DNA of 64,000 nucleotides from Callorhinchus milii (taxonomy: Eukaryota), in contig NW_024704743.1 in the NCBI RefSeq assembly GCF_018977255.1, positions 69,070,001 to 69,134,000 of the forward strand. The letters are read 5' to 3'. The notes under the pieces are model-generated. The model saw only the letters and a program-made list of their open reading frames with translations. It did no database searches and had not been told where the DNA came from. The position numbers and the translations under genes are program-made. Each line of letters starts with the position of its first letter. The first letter of the stretch is position 1. Below, piece by piece: positions 39,270-51,304 of this stretch.

Positions 39270-41355
39270 CAACAACAACAACAAGATTACATTTGTATAG
39301 CGCCTTTCACGTCGGGAGGACGTCCCAAGGCGCTGGACAGAGTACAGCAATTCTGACCCAAGCTGGGGTCGGGTGGGGGGAAGGGAGAGGAGGGAAAAGG
39401 GGGTGGCCGATGGCATGGTCGAAGAGGAGGGTCTTGAAGCAGGACTTGAAGGAGGCTAAGGAGGGGGTGAGGCGGAGTGATTGGGGGATGGAATTCCAGA
39501 GGTTGGGGGCAGAGTGGCTGAAGACTCTCCCATCAATGGTGGGGCGGGTGGGTCGGGGGACGTGGAGCAGGCCAGAGCTGGCTGAGCGGAGAGAATGGTC
39601 GGCTTGGTAGGGGGTTAGGAGGTCGCAGAGGTAGGGTGGGGCAAAGCCATGGAGGACTTTGTATGTGAGGACCAGGATCTTGAACTGGATCCTCTGAAGG
39701 ATAGGGAGCCAATGGAGTCGGGCGAGAGTGGGGGAGATGGGGTCACAGAGTTTGGTACATTAGAGGACATGGGCTGCAGAGTTCTGGATTATCTGCAGCC
39801 TGTGGAAGGAGGAGTTGGGAAGGCCGACAAGCAGGGCGTTTGCATAGTCGAGCCTGGAGGTGATGAAGGCATGAACAAGAGTTTCAGCGGCCTGAGGGGT
39901 GAGGTAGTGGTGGAGTCGGGCAATGTTACGAAGTTGAGGGAAAGCAGAACGGGTCATGGTTTGAATGTGTGGGAGAAAAGACAGTTGAGGGTCGAACAAG
40001 ACACCGAGGTTCCTGACTGGTTTGGTGAGTTGTAGTGTGAAACCATGGAGGTTGATGTTGCCAGAGACTGAGGTGCTGAGGCGCTGGCGCGAGCCAATCA
40101 GGAGGGCATCAGTCTTACTCACATTCAACTGTAGGAAGTTTCCCCACATCCAGGATTTGCCTTCAGCTCCCCTCTTGACACTCTACCCCCTCCGAGCTCC
40201 CTCCCTTCCCTCCCCTCACCCTGACCATTTCCCTCCTGCTCGGGTCCTGACCCAACTGTCCAGCGCCTTGGGATGTCCTCCCAACATGAAAGGCGCTCTA
40301 TAAATGAAATCTTGTTGTTGTTGTTGTTGATGGCAGTCTGTCAGGACAGCAGTGATCCTGGAGTTGGGGGTGAAGGCAGAAAGATAGAGTTGGGTGTCAT
40401 CCGCATACATGTGGAAGTTGACCCCATGTCTGCGGATGATGTCACCAAGGGTGAGCATGTAGATATTAAAGAGGAGAGGGCCAAGGACAGAGCCCTGGGG
40501 GACGCCAGATGTGACAGTGCGGGGGCTGGAGGAGCAACTTTCAGAGGCAACGAAGTGGAGACAGTGAGAGTTAGGAATCGAACCAGGCAAGGGCAGGTCC
40601 GTGAATATTGAGTAAAGTGGAGAGGCGGTGTATGAGAATGGAGTGGTCGACAGTGTCGAAGGCGGCAGAGAGGTCGAGGACGACAAGGAGGCAGAGGGAG
40701 CCCTGATAACAGATGTTCAGAATGTCACTAGTGACTTTGACCAGGGCTGTTTCCATGCTGTGGGCAGCGCGGAAGCCGGATTGGAGGGGTTCAAAGAGGG
40801 AATGGCGAGAGAGAAAGGAGCGGAGCTGGGACGCAATGACTCGTTCCAGGACCTTGGAGAGGAATAGGAGATTAGAGATGGGGCAGTAGCTGGAGAGAAG
40901 GGATGGATCCAGGGAAGGTTTTTTCAAGATGGGGGTGATGACGGCTGTTTCTAGGGGGGTGGGAACTGAACCGGTGGACAAGGAGAGGTTGATGATGTCG
41001 GACAGAAGATGGGCCAGAAGGTGGAGGAGAGAGGTGGGGATGGGATCGAGGGAGCAGGTGGTGGGTTTGAGTTTGCGGACAGTTGTAGTGAGGGAGGAGG
41101 GAGAGATAGGGTCGAAGGAGTATAGAGTTGGATGGGTGGGGGGTGGGTCCTGAGGGAGAGGTGATGTGGGGGTGGCTGTGGATGGGGCTGAGGTGGCTGA
41201 TCGTATCCTCTCGATTTTAGATTCGAGGAAGTCCAGCATCTCCTCACAGTTGGAGTTTGAGGAGAGAATGGGCGAGGTATTGGAAAGTGGACAAGGAGAC
41301 GGTTAGTGGTGGAAAAGAGAAGCTGGGGGTTGTCCTTTGCCTCCAAGATAACCTC
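39270..41355 (-). mobile_element. L2-clade LINE, 5'-truncated, with an inverted L2 3' end nested at about 40160-40329
   Basis: ORFs 40571..41239 ([12 protein letters not shown]), 40216..40686 ([21 protein letters not shown]) and 39760..40149. (CAA)n tail on + at 39270. Confidence 0.94.
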
Positions 41356-41604
41356 TGCCGCAGGTCCTGGAATTCTGCCCCCCATGTCTCATATCTAATT
41401 CCCTCTTGAATTTGCTGTCAATCTGGCTGCACTGCTTCCCTTGAGTCGACTACTCCACATATTCACCACACTCAGTAAAGTAATTAAATCTGAACCACAA
41501 GATCTTATGGATGGCAGTCCAATAATCCACAGCTATGCCTCAGTTTATTTCATTTTAACCATTAAATCAGCATCACTTGCTTTAGGACTGAGTGATTGTA
41601 TGGG

Positions 41605-41885
41605 TCAACCACCTCGCTCTCCCCACTATTGACGGGCGGGCCTTCCGCCACTCTGCCCCCACCCTCTGGAACTCCATCCTGCAGTTCCTCTGCCTCGGCC
41701 CCTCCCTTGCCACCTTCAAGACCCATTTCAAGACCCTCCTCTTCGACTGTGCTTTCGATCTCCCTGCCTCCACCCTCCCCAGTCCCGACCCCAAGCTTGG
41801 ATCTGAAACTCTGTCTGCCAGCGCCTTGGGACATCCTCCCGACATGAAAGGCGCTTTACAAATGTAATTTTGTTTTGTTGTTGTT
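41605..41885 (+). mobile_element. L2 3' fragment
   Basis: APTLWNS / FKTHFKTLLF fragment, then the L2 stem-loop and a (TTG)n tail. Confidence 0.9.
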
Positions 41886-44014
41886 ACATGTCTTCTGAAA
41901 TCAAATACTGCTTCACGACAACATGCAGTTAAACTTAAAATGTGACAATTCCAGTGAATAATTCAATTTAGCTGTGAAATCATCCATTTTGCAGCTTATT
42001 CCACTAAAAGTAATGACGTGTAAGTAGGAAACTATTGATAAATGCTTTTTGTAGAGAACACCAATTTATTGATGCACTTTGTAACGTTTTTTTTCAACCT
42101 TTGCTCATGAAATAAAAATGTGTTGTGCTAACAATTTGTAGTAAAGAAACATGGTAATTTACTGAAATACAAAAAAGGAGATGAATGTAAAAGGTGATAG
42201 ATGTAAAAGGGGAAATAATAACCATCACAATCCTTGCATTTGTTATTGCACAGTATCACGTCATCTAAACATCTCAAAAGGCGTTAGAGGATCACTGTGA
42301 AATGTAGTGACTGTGTGTTTGTGGGCAAACGTGGCAGTGAATTTGTACACAGCAATGTCCCACAAACATCCATGAATTGAATGACCAATTTTATTTGGGG
42401 TTTGTTGGCCCAGACACTAGAAGAAACTTCCTTCTCTTTTCTAATAGCACCATGGTATTTTTAACATCCACCTGAACAGGCAGATTGGGCCTTGGTTTAA
42501 TGTCTCACACAAATTTGAGTGCACCCTTCTCACAGTACCACTTTAGTGATTAAAACATTCCGTTATTTTATTAATGACATTCACTAATTTAAAAAAAAAT
42601 CTTTCCTACCGCAAAATAACCTTCCAATCCCCAACTATGGAACAAAGTTGTATATAAATGGAATCAGAATACTGGAAAAGCTCTTTTATGTTACAATAAA
42701 GTAGTGCGAAAATTACAGAGCTTACCAGAAATCCTATTAATCTGGGCATTTAACCTTCTCCCCCATTGCAGAATTTCTTAACAGAATACCTTAATAAGGA
42801 TTCTGAGTCCCAGAAATGGGGACTCCTCCTTAATAAGAAATTCTGTTAAGAATGAAGTCATCGTGTATCAGTAATAGAGGCTCAATGTCAGAAAATATTG
42901 TGAAAAGCATGTAATATTTAAGCAATTGTTATTTGCCAGCAGCAAATTGACTTGAGCATTAAATCTATTTGAATGTTGTTGCACAAAGTTCTGACCAACA
43001 AGCTAAATACTGTAGTAGTTATTAGTACTGTACCTGCTAAATAGTCCCACTGTGGCAAGCGATACGATTTTAGCTGGTTAAACTTCAGCAGTACTCCAAA
43101 GCAAACCTTGGAGTACCCAAACTTAGGCAAACTTACCCAAACCTGCACTTAATACTTTCCAGAATTAAGTAAGCAGGGTGCGCTCCTCCAGAGAGAGAGA
43201 GTGCACGTTCCATTTCAGACACAGGGAAATTTCCATGTGTAGATGGCATAGAAATGTGCAGCTCTCGGTCTGGTTTGGATACTTTTAAGCATCTAAATGT
43301 AAGCCTGCTGATGGGTTTTCGCTTGGTTCAGACACCTGTGGCGGCAAAAAAAAGGTAGTTATTTCACTTGCTTTTTTTGAGCTCATCCTCCATGTGTTTC
43401 TTCTCTCAGCTGAGAAAGGTATGCTCGGAGGAGACCTGATTGCTTCTTGCCCTGACACTTTCTTTTGTGACTGAAGAATAACCTACAGTGCCAAGTTCCA
43501 TTTGTTCAAAATTCTTACCAGCCTTTGCAAGGCCTCCAGCAGACTTATGAAGATGGGAATACTCACATCAAGTCCCATTCTGAAAAAGACTCTTTACTAA
43601 TGATATGGCCATATCCCTAAAGGAACTGCAGAATTTGATGATGGTTCTCTGTGGAGTAACCGAGTAATTTAACCGCAGGCCTGCAGAAATTGGCCAAAGT
43701 TGCTAGGGGATTATGTAATTTAAATGCAGTCCTTAAGTGGGCATCAGTTATTACTTTAATAATATTTCCTCTCTCCATCTGTGGGCTGAAATTCTGGTCA
43801 TCTTTGCCCGCAGCAGAATTCAATGACACAAATGGAATTTCTCCATCATAACTGCGCATCTCTAAAGTCACTACACATGGTGGTGAGTGGAATTTCAATT
43901 CTCTGGAATATCCCATTACTCCATGTTATTAAAGATGTACATCATGGCTGCAGTGAAAGAGCCCTTGTATTGAGAGTGGAATTCTCTAACCTTTAACAGA
44001 AATTGGGAAAAGTC

Positions 44015-44106
44015 TGAGCTGCAAGGTCCATAGAGATTCCATAAGCATGAGTTGCAAGGTCCATTGGGAGTCCATAGGCCTGAGTTGCAAGGTCCATGCA
44101 AGGTCA
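44015..44106. repeat. Short 33-bp-period tandem repeat (about 2.7 units)
   Basis: tgag(c/t)tgcaaggtccat starts at 44015, 44048 and 44081, followed by a partial gcaaggtcat. Confidence 0.85.
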
Positions 44107-44380
44107 TGTAAGGAAAATTTTGTATATTCCCTCATGAATCAGTGGATAAATATATAATGTGGCGTAATATTAACCAGCAAGATCCCAAGTTTGAATCTTG
44201 CTTTTTGCTGAACGAGTGGGGAAGAATAGGGAATACATAGATCCAAGAAAATAGAAAATAAATCAGAAAGAGAAATGGATAAAGAAGCCAGAAGAGAAAT
44301 AAACACAGGAAAAGGAAAAGTAAATAAAGGAACCCAGCTTGCCCATCAGGCTGAGAGGATTCCCCAGGTATTAAACATGT

Positions 44381-44945
44381 GTGTCATTCTAGCTCAGTGG
44401 TATCGATCTCGTCTGAGTCAGAAGGTTGTGGGTTCAAGCCTCATGTCTGGACTTGTAATCACATTGTCTAAACTGACAATGCAATTCCAGGGCTGGGACA
44501 TGTTGCATTGTTGGAGGTGACGTCCTTCAGATAAGACGTTGAACTGAAATCCCGTCTGCCCGTTCAAGCAGATGTTAAAGATCCCATGGCCAACAATCCC
44601 CCAAATAAAATTAATCACTCTAGCTATTTGTGGGACATTGCTGTGTGCAATTGGCTGCTGTGTTTTGCCCCCAAAACTTACAATCAATTCATTTTACAGT
44701 ATATTCTGTGAAGCGCTTTGAGATGCCTAGAAAACGTGATAAAGCGCTATATCAAATGCAAGGATTATTATTATTATTATCACTTACTCTATGGCTGTTT
44801 TTGGGACATTGGTGTGCGCAAACTGGCTTCTGTGATTTGCCCACAAAATACAGTCAATTCACTTTACAGTACTGTGAAGTGCTTTGAGTCACCTCGGCAA
44901 TGTGATAAGGCGCTATATATGAAATGCAAGGATTATTATTAATTA
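44381..44945 (+). mobile_element. Deu-domain SINE with a deleted Deu core and a second tandem 3' body/tail
   Basis: Head at 44381. aaagatcccatggccaacaatcc joins the two ends of the Deu core at a TGGC microhomology. Tail 1 ends at about 44778; a second body and tail run from about 44790 to 44945. Confidence 0.75.
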
Positions 44946-45302
44946 TTATTATATAATAACTAGACCAAAGGGAAACTAGATATTTTTAAATAATCCAGTT
45001 GCTAGAAAATTACAATCACGCAAGATTCGACGTTACTTTAGTAAAATTAGGTCAAATTAAAATTAGCATTTGAAATTTGAATTAATGAGAATTTTAGATT
45101 TGAGGGAAAATTGCAATCAGGAACCTTGAGAGTCAGTAACATAGAATTAGTCTGGGAGAATGGATTGCCCGAAGCAGTCTTTCATGTTGAAGAGTCTTAT
45201 TAAAAAGACTCACACCAGTTAATTGCGCGCCTTGTTAGAAGAGCTTCACATCTCCTTCCTCCGAGTGGAAATACCTGCCAACTAGTTCAGCAAAACTCTA
45301 CT

Positions 45303-45339
45303 GTAGTTTCCCAGTCTTTTGGCTAAGATCAAGTGCAGT
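45303..45339 (+). pseudogene. U2 snRNA 5' fragment (nt 1-37)
   Basis: gtagtttcccagtcttttggctaagatcaagtgcagt versus recalled U2 ATCGCTTCTCGGCCTTTTGGCTAAGATCAAGTGTAGT: 30/37 identical, with a 20-nt perfect run (CTTTTGGCTAAGATCAAGTG). No further U2 sequence follows. Confidence 0.8.
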
Positions 45340-45623
45340 TTTAATTAATATTGGTTATTGATCTCTATCCAGCATATTAATCATATTGAGATGGTTGCAA
45401 CATTGCTATCAGTTTGGATGAAAAACGTCTTTTGGCTCATCTGATCTCATTATGATAGAACCTTAGACTTACGTGCCCGACATGTCTTTTAGGGGTTTGA
45501 GGGGGTGGATTTTGTGATAATGTAAGTGTGTTTGATTCAGATTGGGGAGCTGGATTAAGACTACATGCTTGGGGTAATTTTGTAATTGAACATATTCAGA
45601 ATGGGAGGGATAAAATACACTAT

Positions 45624-45973
45624 AATAAAAAATAATCCTTGCATTTGATAAGGCACCTTATCACGTCTTCCAGACATCTCAAGGCACTTCACAGAATATT
45701 CCGTAAAGTGAATTGACTGTATATTTTGTTGGCGAAACACGGCAGCCAATTGTGCATAGCAGTGTCCCACAAAGAGGCATGGATTGAATGACCAAATTAT
45801 TATTATTATAAAAGCGATCCGTCAATTGACCAACAATCGGGTTCCTACTTCCTGCTAAGTAAAGAAAGCCGTGTGGAGTAAGGAAACTTGCCTAAGGTTT
45901 CGCCCTGCCCGGGAATCGAAAGCAGTCCTCTCGCTTGTGAGGCGAGTGCTCTAAGAGCTAAACTACAAGCTCC
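45624..45973 (-). mobile_element. tRNA-derived SINE, long form
   Basis: Full length with the central segment and L2-like tail. Confidence 0.9.
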
Positions 45974-48900
45974 ACAACTGAATGGATAGGGTTAGACTAA
46001 ATTTCAAATGAAAGCATGAAGAATCAATTTGAACAGAAAGAGATGACCTTGAGCAATGTGTTAATTGTCACAAGATGGGACAATTCCCTCCTTGGAATTG
46101 TCCTAATGATGACTGCCACAGGAGGACCTCCCCCTCCTCGTACTTCATTAAAATGATTTCACACAGCTGCCATCAGGAACTGCCGACATGCATTACTGGG
46201 GTGTTCAGGTCAGCATTCATATTCATTGCATGTGACATCTGCCATTAAGTAATTATGACTGTGTCTAAATCCACACTCTAGCTTCAAATATGTTTTATTT
46301 TAACAAAATGGAATGCCTAGATGATTTTCATATACATATATATTTACTCTAATTTGTCTGACGTTATGTCTATTTTAGTGTCAGCTTGGCTCATTTGATA
46401 GTACACTTGCCTTTGGGTTAGAAGGTTGTGGGTTCCAATACCGTGCCAGACTTTGAGCTCAGGTGCTTGCTGTATTATCAAACATGCTGTCCTTTGAATC
46501 AGATAATAAACCAGAATACCATCTCCTGTGCATGTGCAGTGCTCTGGAGTTGACATCAGCAGTGACCTGATGATAATAATGCTGGCATTTGATATAGTGC
46601 CTTATCAGGGAATAATTGGAGTGTCCGGTTTCCATTGGATTGGAGGGTCAGGTTAGACTATATGAGTTCCATCTCCTTGTGTGGGGCTTGCACCCAGAGG
46701 AGTGTTGTTGTAGCACTCAGAGGAGAGGGTGCTCCAACAACAACAACAACAAATTGCATTTATATAGCACTTTTCACGTCAACTATCAACTGAGCCAGGC
46801 TGACATATATGTAAGCGATGTTAATTGTCAAAACGTGGAAATGGTAAAACAGCATTCATGATTTGCAGTCTTTATCTCTGAAGAATTTTTATAGACAAAA
46901 TATTTGGAAAGATTTGTTGTAAAATTCAAAGAAAACTGTCTGAATAAGAAACCTATTTTACTGAAGGAATATCCTAAACGGGTCTCTTAAGGTCTCTACC
47001 TGCTCAGTGGTATGAACTGTAATGTTTAATGTGCACTGATGTATCTAATTGAGAAAAAACAAGAAGATTGAGACTGATTCTATTGTGCTTTAAAGGTGCC
47101 TCATTGTCTTATGAATCCATAAGGTGAACACATGGATATAATGAACAACCGCAATACCTTGCACTCAGTTCACCCAGGAGAAATATTACACAGCATTTCA
47201 ACAGAGATGGAGTGCAACTTGAGTGTGGTGGAAGATGGGGGGCAGGTGGGGATGGTGAAAGCACAATCAAAAAAATAATATTTGTAGATGAGCTTTGAAG
47301 ACAGAGAGGGAAAAAGCAAAAGGTGGAGTGGTTTAGGGAAAATGTTCCAGAGAGCGGGGAAAAGTGGCCAAAAGCTTCCACATCAACAATCATGCATCTC
47401 TAACATAGCAGCGAGTGTTAGTCTTTCATAATTTTTTAAAATTAGAGGAGAGAATATTGAGGTGAGGAAAGCACGGTTTCTTTTTTGTTCCCTCCTGACA
47501 CTGGTGACAAAGGCTGGTGGACAGAACTTCACCCAAGTAGCCCTTCTTTCATACAATCGGAGATGGTGAGTCCATTACAATCAAGTCTGATCCTATTCTC
47601 ACTTTACATTCACATAGACACAGTTTCCAGCATGAGCTTCTGGTGCAGCAACCTTGGTTGATTGCTCACAAAATACTCAGCTCTACCTAGTCTTACAGTA
47701 AAATCCTTTGAAGCAGTATGAGATGTCCTTCCTGACTTTTCATATTTATATATTTACTCTAATTTGTCTGACATTATATCTGTGCTAGTGTCAGCTTGGC
47801 TCATTTGATAGTACACTTGCCTCGGGGTCAGAAATAATGCAGTATGTTCCTGCTGCATTATTACTGTAACAAAAATAATCCACACATTACTACAGCGCCT
47901 TTCATGTCAGAAAGACATTCCAAAGTTCTTCACAGGATATATACTGTAAAGTGGTGTGAAGTGTGTTTTGTGGTCGAACGCGGCAGCCAATTTGCACGCA
48001 GCAATGTCCCATGCACAACCATGGAGTGAGTGACCGATTTTTTTATTATTTGGGGGACTGTTGGCCAGGACACTGGGACAAGCTCAATTCTCTTTTCAAA
48101 TAGCGCCATGGGATCTTTAACATCCACCTTAATGTGCAGATGGGGCTTTGGTTTAAAGTCTCATCTGAAGGACAGCAACTCCAACAATGTAGCAATGTGT
48201 CGAATCAGTAACAGTTCTGGTTGTATAAGCTGTAAAATAACATTGCTTGCTTTATTTCAAATACAAGGAATATTATTATTCAGTTTCTATATCCAGAACC
48301 TTTACTGATCAGAAACCAATAAATTCCTCTTATTTTTATTCTTCTAAATTAGTGTTCTGTATTTGACAACGGGAGAGAATTTAAATGAGGCATAACTTAA
48401 ATGCAAACGCATTTCACTTTACTCTTTATCTGCTGCTTCGACCCGAAAATTTCACATAATCACAAAGTCAAACTGAACACCACATGTTCTATGTCTGTGG
48501 TGATTATAAAATATCAGCTGTAGATTTGTACCATTGTTACTGATACTTGACATCTATGACAATGCCTCAGCATTAGGATAGGAACTGAAACACTGCAACT
48601 GATACTCAGTAGAAAACACTTGCCAAACCTTACGATTGCTACTAGCATTACTTCCAAATGTCAAATTGTGCCAAATATTCTGCTTTTCATGCAAGAAAAA
48701 TTTCTATGAATCTCACTGTCATTTGGGGGATGAAACACACACCAAAACTGGCATACATTTGTGAACAGAATGTGTGACAGTGAGCTTGAGCACACATCAT
48801 TGGGTGCGTCACACCAAATCTGATCCTGTCCTTCCATATTTATGCACTTTTCAGCAGAGGGTACTGATATTCCTTTGGGTACCGATCAGTCAATAATGTT

Positions 48901-51304
48901 TAGGTTACAAAAATACAGAAAGAATGATCTTCCTTCTATTTCAATGCAGCAATTTCTTAAGCAGTGTTAATGTGACAATATTATCAGTCAAATTCACTAG
49001 CATAGCCTTCTTCCTGTGTTGCCCAGCAAAATAACATCATCCACATTAGAAACCTTTAGATTATCACAAATTAACATTGCATTGTTTTCATACATTTTCA
49101 TCATGATCCACATTTGCATTTAACATTTCAGGCCTGTATCGCTTCTCAATTTGATGACAATTCTTCTTCATAGAGAATGCATTAAGGCCAAAATTCTACC
49201 TAGTCTTTGCGTTAAGACCATTTTGTCTTAAAATTGAAAATGGCGCAGATCTGCAGTCCTTAAAAAGAACCTACTTTAAAATTAAGAATTAACTTAAGTA
49301 TTTTCCATAATTCTGCACTATAATAAGCTGTGGTATTTGGTATAATGCCTTTCATGTCAGGAAATGCCTCAAAGCACTTCACAGGATAGACTGTAAAATG
49401 GAGTGATTGTACTTGTAGGCACACTGTATAATTTGCAACACTGCAATGTCCCCGAAACAGCCGTGAAGTGAATGACCAATGTTCATGCCAAACACGATTT
49501 GGCAAAATCCCCAAATTAAGTTAGTCTGGTATTTCTTAGCATATTTTAATAAGAATAATAAGATTCAATAAGGTGTGTAATTATTAAATTTATAAAACAT
49601 TTAATATGTTAAAGAAAGCATTCTTCAGGACATGTGATGTTTCAGAAAATCAATAAGTGTACATTTCTTATTGAGAAATACATGAAGAAATGCCACAAAT
49701 TAGACTCCAATGTCAAAAATACTGGACACAGGGAATTTTCTTATAGGTCTAACACATTTTTTCTTAAAGTGCAAACAGTTGTAGATTTAATGCACTCCAG
49801 AGATGCATATATGCAGATAGTTGAATTGGAAATTAATCGGATTATTATATTAGAAATGCCAAAGAAAAGGTATTTGCAGTTAATAGCAATTCCTTTCTAT
49901 TCAAGACAACCATGAGGCTTCATTGTAGAATCCTTGAAAATTTGTTCTAATAATAGAAAATAATAAAACTGTAATAAAACTACATTCAGATTCAAAGAGA
50001 ATGGCGATTACTAAATTGAACATTGTTTTGAAAATGGATTTGTAATATTTATAATCCAGTTTCTGCAGCTTGAAGAAAACTGCGAGAAAGGTGCCAAGGG
50101 AAGATTACTTTCCAGGTCACCAAAGCCTTCTATTCTGGTACTGGCATAAATACATCTAAACCTATGTCTAAAAATAGCATTGAATAACTCACTCCAATCA
50201 AATAGAGAGCTATGAGATGAATTAAGGGAAACAGAAAACAATTTGATACTGCAATAATTCAAGAGACTTTCACTTTGTTTCAGTAATCAACAGCCTTTTG
50301 CAAAAGAGCACGCAAATTATAAAATAAAATGTGTTAATGGGATATATACAAGTATATCTCAAAATCTGTGAACAGATCACCCCGTCAATAAGTGAATCTA
50401 ACATCGTTTCAACAAACCAAGCCAATCAATTAGACCTGGGATGCTCACATGTAACTCTTACATTTATCATCACCTCTGCATTCTCAAGGAGACTGTTGTG
50501 TTCTGTTCACTACCCGATCACCACAACCCATCTCATCTTCCAACCTCCTTCACCTTTACGTATATCCCACACTCATGCTTCACAGCATGACAACCTTTTT
50601 AATCTCATATTATCCTTGAGTCTATTCTCTCTCTAGAGTCTTGATGGTGTCTTATTTCTTCAATTTCTGACTGCCAGTAACATGGAGAGTGGGGTTTGTT
50701 CCACTGTTTCTGATAATGGCACACAAGATGAGCCAAGAATCCAATTAAACAGATCTCTGGGGCTTAAAGCTAATACTTCATCCAATTACCACACAGAGGC
50801 TCCCAGAACCTGAAATAAAATGTAAAACTAATTAGGTGTGGTGCAGGTTCCGCTTGAGACTTCTACATTTTATATGTATGCCCTCCAGTTCTGCTCTCAC
50901 ATCTGAATCTTAAAGCCTTCTAACATGTACAACTCTTCTGTCTCATAATTTCAAAGAGCTAGTCTATGTCCCCTCTCAGTGCTTTTTCCTAACAAAGATA
51001 AATTCAGCTCAGTGCGTATCTCTAGATAATGTAGAGTTCTGTCCTCCAAGATCATCTTTGAACCTCTCTATCTTTTGGGATTGCATTAAAACCAAACCTT
51101 TGTATATTGAGGTTCCAGGAACCTCCTGGTGTAATTGGATGAAGCATTACCCTTAAGCCACAGAGATCTGTATAATTGGATTCTTGGCCCATGTGCCAGT
51201 CTCAGAAACAGTGAAGGAAATATTACTCTCCATGTAAGTGACAGACATAACCCAGAGTCAATATCAGACATTTTGCATCAAGATTCCAGTGGGAGAATAG
51301 ACTC

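Noticed and set aside
43782..43905. Possible MITE ends gggctgaaattc ... gaatttcaattc (similar at about 38348 and 45500)
   Set aside because: The inverted repeats are too degenerate to support by eye.
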